A stretch of 64,000 bases of DNA from Podarcis gaigeae. Taxonomy: Eukaryota. Location of the stretch: the NCBI GenBank assembly GCA_964106915.2, contig OZ066921.1; one strand, written 5' to 3'. The translations under genes and the position numbers were made by a program. Shown here piece by piece: positions 39,788 through 49,261 of this stretch. Position 1 is the first letter of the stretch. Each line of letters begins with the position of its first letter. The notes beneath the pieces were generated by a model. It saw nothing but the letters and a program-made list of their open reading frames with translations, searched no databases and was not told the origin of the DNA.

Positions 39788-40074
39788 AGCTCAAGTCACT
39801 TCAGAAAGACATTTAGAAGCATTCAGTAAACTCTGCTTTATTTAACCACAGATATTTTAGGAAGAAAGCCCCATGGCTAAACTGGCATGCATCTTGAGGG
39901 TGAAGTAAGGCCCATAGCATCGAATGGTGGGTCTTCTTGGTGGCTGCATTTGATTTGGCTTTGACTGTGCACACACATAACCTTAACCATGGTTTAGTTC
40001 AACAAGCAACGTGTCATCTCACAGGCAAGCAAACAAGCCATGGCTTTTTCTTTTTCTTTTTGCCTATGGTTTCC

Positions 40075-40450
40075 AGCAACTGTTACTCAGAGGCATAATG
40101 CCTCTGACAGTGGAGTCAGCATAGCCATTGTGGCTATGAATTTGCCTAATCCTCTAGGTCGGTGGCCATCACTGCCTCCTGTGGAGATGAGTTCCACAGT
40201 TTAACCATGTATACTGCATAGAGAACTCTCTTTTATCAGTTTTGAATCTTCCAGTGTTCATCTTCATTGGACGTCCCCAAGTTACAGCATTATGAGACAG
40301 GGAGAAAAACATTTCTCTATTCACGTATAATTTTATAAACTTCTGCCATGTTGCTTCTTCTTCACCTTTTCTCTAAAAAACCCCCAAATGCTGCAATCTT
40401 TCCTCATGGGGGAGGTGATTCATCCCCTCGGCCATTTTGGTTGCCCTTTG
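40075..40450 (-). mobile_element. Old CR1 fragment
   Basis: Homologous to 12470-12860 (ggtggccatcactgcctcctgtgg..ataattttataaacttct..cattttggttgcccttt). Confidence 0.7.
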
Positions 40451-41219
40451 GCTGCAGACCATCCTTACTCTAATTTAACACAGTTCACTTCACTGAAAGG
40501 GGTCAGGTGCTAACAGGACACACGAAATGATACTTCCCCACAACCTCTTTCTCCTCACTTTGACTGCTCTCCCTCTCTCTTGCATGCAAAGGTGTGGGAG
40601 AGGCCCCTTTTGGACAAAGCCTATTCTCTCTCCGAGTCACACTTGAAGTGGTTTGTTCTGCTTCATGGTGCCTTAATGTTCACTGTAGGATTTTCCTCCT
40701 GCAGTAAGCCTATTTGTTACAGCTTCATCTTGCCCACTAATGTCGCGTTTTTCACTCTTTCTCTCAGAGTTCACAGCTCTGCTGATGTTGCTTCTTCCTT
40801 GCTAATATTTAATCAGAAGCATGAACCTGACCTTTTGAAAAAGAGACTGTGGGGTGGCGAAGGGGCGGCGGGGGGGGGGGGGGGGGAGAGAACACTTCAG
40901 GTTAGAAGCCATGTCCAGATAAGAGATGCCTCTGGATAAGTGAAATTTGCTCTGCATGGCTTTCGCCCTTTTACTCTAAAACTTCTGGCTGTGTTCCCAT
41001 GTTGTTGTTATTTTCTGCTTGTGGAATGCTCTCCTCAGGGAGGTTCATCTGGCGCCTTCGTCACATATCTTTAGGCACCAGGCAAAAAATTCCTCTTCTC
41101 CCAGGCTTATTAAACAATCTGTGGCCTTTTAAACTGTGAGGATATCATGGGTGGGGTCGCTTCCACATTGCTAACTGGCTATACCTGGTGGATGTGGAAG
41201 GCCACATCAATTGGAGGGC

Positions 41220-41406
41220 CATAGCTGTCAACTTTCAGATTTGAAAAGATGGGATAGGCAGCCTCAAAAATAAGGGATCAGCAGCCTCACCTGTCCCAGG
41301 GACAGTCTATGGGATGTCTAACAATCTGGGATAGCAGCGGGAAGCAGCGGGAAACGGCGCTGGAATAAGGGAATTTTCCGCAAAAAAGGGAAGGTTGACA
41401 GCTATG
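41220..41406. mobile_element. hAT MITE
   Basis: 13-bp TIR CATAGCTGTCAAC / GTTGACAGCTATG with 8-bp TSD TGGAGGGC. Confidence 0.88.
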
Positions 41407-41789
41407 TGGAGGGCACCAGGTTGGGGTTGGCTGACTGTGCATCTTGGCTCTTGACAGGCCACCTTTTTCATAGTTTTCCAACTTCCTGGCAAAAAGCTCA
41501 GCGGAACTCCGCAGCGTCATCATTAAACCGCCAAGTTGGTTCAATAAAAATAACGTCTTGCTGATCAATAGTTCTGGAAAGAAGGAAATGGAAGTTCGAT
41601 ATGATTTTCAGAAGACTCTCTAACAGCCCAGCAGAATAAAGAGACATGCATGGATGGCTGAATGGTGCCATCAGCACTTAAGTTCCTTCATACATATTTA
41701 ATCTGTGATTAAATTATTATTATATATATATAAAGCATCCTCTTAGTGTTGATAAGTGACAGGCAGGTTCTCCCCACTCCACCCAGCTC

Positions 41790-42440
41790 ACATTGGATTT
41801 GCTGGTGCTAAAATAAGCCAAGTTATTACATTTGAGGGATATATCAGGGAGTCAAGTGGGCTCCACAAAGGGGGAGTGGGCACTCTAGGGCGATCATATC
41901 AATGACCCGAGCCATTCAAATGTTCCAGAGGTTGGCCAAGGCTTTGACAGGAGCACTGGTCATATCAGCCAGAGAATCCCCCAGAGCCGCCTGGAAACTC
42001 ATTGAAGCCATCAGCCTCTCAGGGGAGACCATGCTAATAGGTCCTCCAATTCTGCCGAGGAGGAAAGGTGCTAAGAGCCTAAATCTCAACAGGAAGCAGT
42101 CTGACCACAACAAGGGACTGATGCCAGTATCTCCCTCGTTCAGAACACACTCTTCCTGCCCAGTTGAGAAAACGAGGTCCAGTGATGACCTATTGGGACA
42201 GCCCCATGGTTGTCATGGCAGCCATGAAGTCCTGAGCCAACCCAGAGCCAGTCACCTAGGCAGGGATGTTGAATCCCCCATAACCAGCAGCCAGGCAGTG
42301 GAGGGAAAGTCAGGCTTTCATGTCATTGGTCCAGAGTTCTTTAGGTCTTTAGTCCAACGATTGTAGTTTAAATTCACTTGGAAGACTACAGGTAACACAG
42401 GTAACACCACCACCACCTGGCTGTCCACCTTTGGAATGCA
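41790..42440 (-). mobile_element. Degraded L2 LINE, APE endonuclease region
   Basis: Minus-strand relics LLVMGD(F)NI, GH.LDLVFSTG, WSDCFL (SDH motif) and GGPISMVSPERLM. Confidence 0.7.
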
Positions 42441-42959
42441 GATCTTATCCTCAGACTCTGTGTTTGCAAGACTGTGCATCTCTGTCTATAGATCTTTACA
42501 AAATTGCCCTTTTGCATCTGAGGTTTTTTGCGATTGCCTTTAGAATTCCATACCTTTTTAACCGTCAAGAAAATCAGTGCATGGGGGGGGGGGGAGAGAG
42601 CACAGAGTGCCCAAAGGACAGTTGAGTAAAAACAAAGATAATTTATTTTTTCTTTTCGCGTTGATGTAATCAGTTCGAAAATATTTGATATTGTGATAAT
42701 TGTGCAATTAAAATTCTCGCTGAACTGCATTACAGCCCTGCTTTGTATGCAGCCAGGCGGGATCGCCAGCCGTCCATTCCATTTACACCACTCTCCCCCT
42801 GGAAATCTGCTTGTAATGCAAGCTGACATTTTTAATTTTCTCTTCATTTCCTAATCCTTGATTAGTAATTGTCTAAGTGATGTTCACACCAGGGCAAAAA
42901 GCATGAGCATTAGTGCAGCAAGCAGCACATCAGTATTATAACCAAGAGGTCATTAGAAA

Positions 42960-43180
42960 ACTAGTGTGGTGTAGTGGTTAGAGTATTGGACTATGACTTG
43001 GGAGTCCAGGGTTTGAATCCCCACACAGCCATGAATCTCACCTTCAGCCAGTCACTCCTTCTTAGCCTAAGATCCCTCAAAGGGTGATGATGAGGATAAA
43101 AATTGAGAGGGAGACAATAATCTCCAGCACCGTGAGTTTCTTGGAGAAAAAGTGGGATGTAGATGCAATAATAAATATAA
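42960..43180 (+). mobile_element. tRNA-derived SINE (Squam3/MIR-like)
   Basis: AGTGTGGTGTAGTGGTTAGAG A box, GGTTTGAATCCC B box, AATAAAT tail. Confidence 0.75.
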
Positions 43181-43338
43181 TTCATTTGATCCTCACATGG
43201 GGCAATAAAATTAATTTGCTCCTATATACCATGATCATGAAGGGGTTTTGCCAGGGTGAGGCTGATCCACTGCTGACTCCTGCAATCAAGACAGAGAGAG
43301 AGAGAGTGTTTTTTTCTGGGGGGATGCAGGGGTACGCA

Positions 43339-43663
43339 TGTTGGTTTCTGCTTCCTTCACTGAGCAGCGAAGTGCTTGTCACAAGACAATGTTTACATTC
43401 CACAGTCAAGTGCTGTTGGGTTTTCTCACGGGAAAGGAGACTGGATGTGACGTACACTGGTTTCCTGTTTTTCACTGTTCTTTGCAGTTCAGTGTGATTC
43501 TCTCCGTGTTTTAGAGGAGAGAGGATGCCTTTCTCTGCTCCGGCAGAGGGAAGATGTTTTTCTGTAAATTACCAGCTTTGAAGTGTAAATAAAGTAATAT
43601 AGAGTATGTTGGCACGTACTTTTCATCATTCCGCTGTGCACTGGACACTGCTTATCTCCAACA
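43339..43663 (+). repeat. 5' LTR of the Copia element (325 bp)
   Basis: Starts TGTTGG and ends CCAACA (6-bp terminal inverted repeat); AATAAA at 43588-43593; repeated at 48272. Confidence 0.95.
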
Positions 43664-43666
43664 TTT

Positions 43667-43680
43667 GGATATGGGCCCAG
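43667..43680 (+). promoter_or_regulatory. Primer-binding site complementary to the anticodon-arm region of initiator tRNA-Met (half-tRNA priming)
   Basis: GGATATGGGCCCAG 3 nt after the LTR; 13/14 match to GGTTATGGGCCCAG, the reverse complement of CTGGGCCCATAACC in tRNA-iMet, as in Drosophila copia. Confidence 0.85.
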
Positions 43681-44195
43681 AAAAACGCAGTGTTTTGAGA
43701 ATGGACTCCAGAAGTCGGGCTCCTGGCAAAGGAACAAAGGAGCAAAGAATTGGAGTGCCGGCAAAGGATCGGAATGCAGAGGGCCGGATCGGACGATATC
43801 TCTGCACGTCAAGATGATTTGATGAGGTATGTGCTACAGCTCCGGGCAGCCTGCCAGCTTCTAATTAATGGCTTTATGGCTGGACTTTGAACTTTTATAG
43901 CCGGTTTTGCCGTGGCACAGGCAAAAGGCTAGAAGGATAAATTTTTCCTATGCTGGGGGAAATCAAAAGTAAAGCAGCTGCAGCAGTGTCGCAGCATGAA
44001 TTTAAGACAGCAGAGAGAACTTTCACTTTTGAACTTGCCTTTGGAATGCGGTTTGAAGCAGCTGCAGATAAGCAAAGCAGTTAAGCAGAAAGGCACAGGT
44101 TCACAGGCAGAGGCTGTTTTTGAATTTGCTTTTGGATTGAAGCAGCTGTACACAGACGCAGCATGTATAAAGCAGCCTGATTTAAAGCAGCAAAG

Positions 44196-47100
44196 ATGAC
44201 GCTAAAGGCTAATGCCAAAGTCATGATGGCCCTTCAGGATGCTTGTGGGATTCCTAAGCTCAATAGGAAGAACTATGCGGACTGGGTTCTCTATGCAGAG
44301 GCTATTCTGCGGAAAGAGGGTCTGTTTAAAGTTATTACAGAGACCCCCCCAGCTCCAGTTACAGATGAATGGAAAGCTATGGATTCCAAGGCAAGGGGAA
44401 CTCTTACGTTGATAGTATCCCCAGAAGAGCTCTGTCTGTTGCGTGATAAGACCTCAGCCAGAGAAATTTGGGACGCTTTGAGAGAGGCTCACTTGAGGAC
44501 AGAAGCTGGGTCCACAATGTTTTACTTTAACAAGCTGCATAATATGGCTCTTGCTGAAGGTGGAGATGTGCGTATACATCTGATGGAGATGCAGAATCTG
44601 AGACATGAGCTGCAACAGAGAGGACTCAACTTTCCAGAGGAAGTGTATTCCTTTATGATACTACAATCTTTGGGTTCAGGTTGGGAGTCTGTTGCGACTC
44701 AGATTGCTGTACAGCCAACTGCTCAGCTAACAGTGGACTATGTTACTGCCGTGATATTGAATGAAGCGGATCGCCGGGGTGCTAGCTGCATCAACAAGGG
44801 GGAGACTTCACAGACGTCATCCCATAGTGCAGTGGAACCACCAGATGGCGCCAAAGCTTTGAAGGCAGTGAAATGCTACTCGTGTGGACGTCTAGGCCAT
44901 ATGAAGAGGGAATGCAGATATCCCAGGGCCAAGACAGAGCAGCGCAGCGAAAGCTCATCGCGTGGAAAAGGCCGAGGCAAAGGCAAAGGTCCGGTGTCCA
45001 GGACAACGCAGCACAAGGCAATGGTCTCACGCTTCACTCCAAAGGTTGCAGAGGTCCAGAAGACATCTGGATCTTTCTTCGTTGTTGATTCAGCGGCGAC
45101 CCACCACATGTGCAACGATAAGCGACTGTTCGTGTCTTTTACACCGCAGGAAGGTGCGATTCACCAGGCGGATGACCACACAATTCCCAGTAAAGGCTAC
45201 GGAACTGTTGTTCTTCACAGTTTGGACTTATCGATACAGGATGTGCTTTATGTGCCAGATGCCAAGCATAATCTGCTCAGCGTTGGACAGCTGAATGAGC
45301 GGAAAATTGACGTTTCCTTTAAGAACAAAAGGTGCATCATCACAAAGAAAAATGATTATGTATTGCATGCTGAATATGTTGATCGTTTGTATGTTTTGTA
45401 TTTTGATGATGTTGTGCAGGATGACACTTGTTGCATTGCAGGTTCTAACAAAAGTTTGCATGCAGAATGTATTCACGATTTTCATCGAAAATTTGGTCAT
45501 TTGCATTTTGAGGCAGTATCTAAAATGCCTGCCTTGGTTGAAGGTATGACTATTAAACCCTGCAGGTACCACATGAAGTGCAAGGCATGCGCAGCAAACA
45601 AGGTAAAAATGGCTGCGAAAGGTAAGGTGTCTAGTAGGCAAGCTACAGAACCATACCAGGTTGTTCATGCTGATTTGGTTGGACCACTAGCGCCCTCTTT
45701 GGGTGGAAACAGGTACTTCATGGTTCTCATTGATGCATTTTCCAGGTATATTTATGTGTACAATCTCAAGCAGAAATCAGAGGCTTTTCCAAGGTTCAAG
45801 GAATTCTGTGCTTGGTTGGGAAATGTGCATGGTAAGAAGGTAAAGACTCTTTTCAGTGATCGCGGGGGAGAATTCACTTCTCAGCAGTTTGAAGCTTTTC
45901 TGACTGAGAAAGGAATTCAACACGATTTGTCTAGTCCTCGCTCGCCATGGCAGAATGGACTTGCGGAACGAGCAAATCAGACATTGCTTCAAGGGTTAAA
46001 AACCTTGCTGCATGATGCCAATCTTCCAGAGAGTTATTGGGCCGAAGCTCTCTCATGTTTCACTTACAGTTATAATCGCAGGTTATCTTCAGCGATTGGT
46101 TGTACCCCCTATGAGAAGATGTTTGGCAAGAAGCCATACATCAAACACATGAAAATTTTTGGTTCTGACATGTGGGTTCACTCACCACAAAGCTCCAAGT
46201 TAGACAAGCGTGGATTGCATGGTATCTTTCTAGGTTATCAGAAAGGGTCTTACAGAATAATGATGACTGACTCTAAGGCAATTAAGCTCACAAGAAGTGT
46301 TGAGTACAATGCCAAGTGGGGGGAGAATGTGGGAATTTTCCAATGTTATCCTGATGACAGTGATGAGACTGAGGATAATCAAAAGCAACCACAACAACCC
46401 ACACCCACTGATGAAGGTTCTGATTCTGAGTCTGAAACTGAATCGGGTGATTCAGAGGATTTCAAGAGTGCGAAAGCCTCTATGCGACCCTCTGAAAGCT
46501 CTGATCAAGAATTGGAGGAACCATTGTTCACAATAGGTCACTTTTCTCCTAAGAAGGAAGAGGAGAGTGTTGAAGACTTAAGGCTAATTCGCAGGTCACA
46601 GAGAGCAACAAAAGGCAGACCTCCAAAGAGATTTGCTGATGAGTTTGCCAAGATAGCAGTAACAGCTGTTAAAAGCTCCAAGAAGGTATTTGAACCTTCA
46701 AGTTTCCAAGAAATCCAGGATTTGGATTCAAAGGAAGCTGAGCCATGGTTAAATGCCATGAAGGCTGAGCTTGATTCCTTGGAAAGGAACAAAACATGGG
46801 ACCTTGTTCCAGTAGTTCCAGGAATGAAACTGCTTGGAAGCAAATGGGTCTTCAAAGCGAAGACTGATCAAAATGGCAAGATAGTCAGACACAAAGCCAG
46901 ATTGGTAGCCAGAGGTTTTGCACAGGTACCAGGTGAAGACTATCACGAGACCTACTCACCCACCGTAAGGTATGAGAGCATTGGGCTTATGCTCAAGCTA
47001 GCTGCAGAAGAGAATCTACACATTAGTCACCATGATGTGAATACAGCTTTTCTGTACGGATCTCTAGATGAATCACTTTATATGCTTCCACCTGATGGCG

Positions 47101-48224
47101 TACAGGTAAAACAGGGTTTTGTTTGTGCTCTGAAGAAGTCCCTTTATGGTCTCAAACAAAGTGCACGGTGTTGGCACACAAAACTCACTGAAGTATTGTT
47201 TTCTCTAGGTTTTAAGCAAGGGAAAGCTGATCCATGCGTATTTGTCAAAGAGGAGGGGCAAAAGAAACTGTATTGTTTGTTTTATGTTGATGATCTTTTA
47301 TTCTTTTGGAAGGATGTCACAATGTACAATAATGCCCTAGCTCAATTGAAAGAGCACTTTGACATGAAAGATCTTGGTGAGGTAAACAACTACCTATCTC
47401 TGGAAATAGAGAGGGATCAAGATGGTAACATTCTAGTACACCAGTCACGTAAAATTGCTGATGTGTTAAGCAAACTAAACCTGATGGATGCTAACCCTGT
47501 AGACACACCGATGACAACAGGTTATCAGGTAGATGACACTGGAGAAGCATTTTCTGATACTACACTGTACAGAAGTGTGCTAGGCAAGCTAAACTTCATT
47601 GCCAGATGTTCAAGACCTGACATTGCTGTTAGCTGTAATTTGCTAAGCAGACAAGTCAACAATCCTACTGTTAAGGATTGGAAAGCTCTGAAACGCATAG
47701 CGCGGTATTTGAAAGGCACTATGCATTACAGACTGAGATTTAACAATCAAAAGTCTGGTGGTCTTGAGATATTTGCAGATGCAAGTTTTGGAAGTGACAC
47801 TACAGACAGGAAAAGTACGTCTGGAGTTTGCTATAAGTACAATCAGGGTCTATTTGATTGGTCATGCAAGAAGCAAACAACAGTTAGCTTAAGTACTTGT
47901 GAAGCTGAACTGAATGCACTGTCTTATTCACTTAAGGATTGTGAATGGTTGTTACAATTGTGCAAAGACATGAAAATTCCTGTCAAATGTCCAATCCAGG
48001 TTTACCAGGACAACAAAGCATGTTTGGCTTTGCTGAATTCTGAAGGTTGTAAGCAAAGCACGAAGCACTTGCAATTGAAGTTGCAACATGCTAGGGAACG
48101 TATTCAGAAGGGACTCGTAACTGTGTCCTATATGCCAGGTAATGAAATTCCTGCTGATGTATTGTCCAAGATTGTATCAAGGGATCAACACTGTACCTAT
48201 GTGCAGAAGTTGGGTTTGTACTGA
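44196..48224 (+). CDS. Copia Gag-Pol polyprotein, 1342 aa, uninterrupted
   Basis: Gag start IPKLNRKNYADW; zinc knuckle CYSCGRLGHMKREC; protease VVDSAATHHM; integrase HHCC (HRKFGH..CKAC) and DDE (HADLVGP, SDRGGEF, NGLAER); RT KARLVARGF, DVNTAFL, YVDDLL; RNase H FADASF, CEAE, QDNKA, ADVLSK. Confidence 0.97.
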   Translation: MTLKANAKVMMALQDACGIPKLNRKNYADWVLYAEAILRKEGLFKVITETPPAPVTDEWKAMDSKARGTLTLIVSPEELCLLRDKTSAREIWDALREAHLRTEAGSTMFYFNKLHNMALAEGGDVRIHLMEMQNLRHELQQRGLNFPEEVYSFMILQSLGSGWESVATQIAVQPTAQLTVDYVTAVILNEADRRGASCINKGETSQTSSHSAVEPPDGAKALKAVKCYSCGRLGHMKRECRYPRAKTEQRSESSSRGKGRGKGKGPVSRTTQHKAMVSRFTPKVAEVQKTSGSFFVVDSAATHHMCNDKRLFVSFTPQEGAIHQADDHTIPSKGYGTVVLHSLDLSIQDVLYVPDAKHNLLSVGQLNERKIDVSFKNKRCIITKKNDYVLHAEYVDRLYVLYFDDVVQDDTCCIAGSNKSLHAECIHDFHRKFGHLHFEAVSKMPALVEGMTIKPCRYHMKCKACAANKVKMAAKGKVSSRQATEPYQVVHADLVGPLAPSLGGNRYFMVLIDAFSRYIYVYNLKQKSEAFPRFKEFCAWLGNVHGKKVKTLFSDRGGEFTSQQFEAFLTEKGIQHDLSSPRSPWQNGLAERANQTLLQGLKTLLHDANLPESYWAEALSCFTYSYNRRLSSAIGCTPYEKMFGKKPYIKHMKIFGSDMWVHSPQSSKLDKRGLHGIFLGYQKGSYRIMMTDSKAIKLTRSVEYNAKWGENVGIFQCYPDDSDETEDNQKQPQQPTPTDEGSDSESETESGDSEDFKSAKASMRPSESSDQELEEPLFTIGHFSPKKEEESVEDLRLIRRSQRATKGRPPKRFADEFAKIAVTAVKSSKKVFEPSSFQEIQDLDSKEAEPWLNAMKAELDSLERNKTWDLVPVVPGMKLLGSKWVFKAKTDQNGKIVRHKARLVARGFAQVPGEDYHETYSPTVRYESIGLMLKLAAEENLHISHHDVNTAFLYGSLDESLYMLPPDGVQVKQGFVCALKKSLYGLKQSARCWHTKLTEVLFSLGFKQGKADPCVFVKEEGQKKLYCLFYVDDLLFFWKDVTMYNNALAQLKEHFDMKDLGEVNNYLSLEIERDQDGNILVHQSRKIADVLSKLNLMDANPVDTPMTTGYQVDDTGEAFSDTTLYRSVLGKLNFIARCSRPDIAVSCNLLSRQVNNPTVKDWKALKRIARYLKGTMHYRLRFNNQKSGGLEIFADASFGSDTTDRKSTSGVCYKYNQGLFDWSCKKQTTVSLSTCEAELNALSYSLKDCEWLLQLCKDMKIPVKCPIQVYQDNKACLALLNSEGCKQSTKHLQLKLQHARERIQKGLVTVSYMPGNEIPADVLSKIVSRDQHCTYVQKLGLY

Positions 48225-48257
48225 TATTGTACGAACACGCTGCCCAGTGATGTTCAC

Positions 48258-48271
48258 AGAAAGGGGGAGGA
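48258..48271 (+). promoter_or_regulatory. Polypurine tract of the Copia element
   Basis: AGAAAGGGGGAGGA directly abutting the TG of the 3' LTR. Confidence 0.9.
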
Positions 48272-48593
48272 TGTTGGTTTCTGCTTCCTTCACTGAGCAG
48301 CGAAGTGCTTGTCACAAGACAATGTTTACATTCCACAGTCAAGTGCTGTTGGGTTTTCTCACGGGAAAGGAGACTGGATGTGACGTACACTGGTTTCCTG
48401 TTTTTCACTGTTCTTTGCAGTTCAGTGTGATTCTCTCCGTGTTTTAGAGGAGAGAGGATGCCTTTCTCTGCTCCGGCAGAGGGAAGATGTTTTTCTGTAA
48501 ATTACCAGCTTTGAAGTGTAAATAAAGTAATATAGAGTATGTTGGCACGTACTTTTCATCATTCCGCTGTGCACTGGACACTGCTTATCTCCA
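48272..48593 (+). repeat. 3' LTR of the Copia element (322 bp, terminal ACA absent)
   Basis: Identical by eye to 43339-43660, then followed by TAAACAT instead of ACA. Confidence 0.93.
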
Positions 48594-48809
48594 TAAACAT
48601 TTTGTGAATCTTTGTATTTTGGTCCATTTACCATATTTATTTTTCCTGATTTGAACTATGAAATGGTGATTTTCTGGGGTCAAAATGAGAGCACCAATAA
48701 ACATTTTTTTTTAGAAGAAAAAGGCACTGTATATAGATATACATAGATATAGATGTATATGAAAGAAAGATTGATCTTCACACAAGATGAAGATCAGCAT
48801 TTTGTCTGA

Positions 48810-48905
48810 ATAATTATTATTATTATTTTATTATTTGCACCCCGCCCATTTAACTGGGTTGCTCCAGGCACTCTGGGCGGGTTACAACATATAAAAAAAC
48901 ACAAT
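48810..48905 (-). mobile_element. L2 3' terminal fragment
   Basis: (TTA)n then ccccgcccattt..actctgggcgg, matching 8965-9005. Confidence 0.65.
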
Positions 48906-49125
48906 AATGCACTACACAGCCAGAGTTTGTCAAACAAGCTGCACATCATCTCACATACAAGTAAAACAAACCATGGTACTTGTACCTCCTGAGCTTGGTT
49001 TGTTTCCCAGCTGTTCTTGTGTTGTCCCTGTAGCCTAATAAGTGTCTGGGGATGCACAGACCATGGTTAAGCAAGCAATAGCACCAAAGCATCATCAAAG
49101 CAATTCATAGTTTGTGAGTCAAGAA

Positions 49126-49261
49126 CAGGCATAGGCAAACTCAGCCCTCCAGATATTTTGGGACTACAACTCCCATCATCCCTAGCTAACAGGACCAGTG
49201 GTCAGGGATGGTGGGAGTTGTAGTCCTAAAACATCTGGAGGGCCAAGTTTGCCTATGCCTG
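49126..49261. mobile_element. Palindromic hAT MITE
   Basis: Same family as 19835; 8-bp TSD GTCAAGAA. Confidence 0.93.

Larger units (their letters stand above)
43339..48593 (+). mobile_element. Full-length Ty1/Copia LTR retrotransposon in a PEPD intron, sense orientation
   Basis: Two direct LTRs, PBS, PPT and a single gag-pol ORF with Copia domain order PR-INT-RT-RH. Confidence 0.97.

Noticed and set aside
40850-40890. G-run as a functional G-quadruplex
   Set aside because: Mononucleotide G/C runs are common throughout the window and error-prone in assemblies; no supporting context.
43084-43812. ORFs duplicated near 48091-48634
   Set aside because: They are translations of the two LTRs.
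48224-48271. env-like extra ORF in the Copia element
   Set aside because: Only 47 nt separate the pol stop from the 3' LTR, leaving no room.
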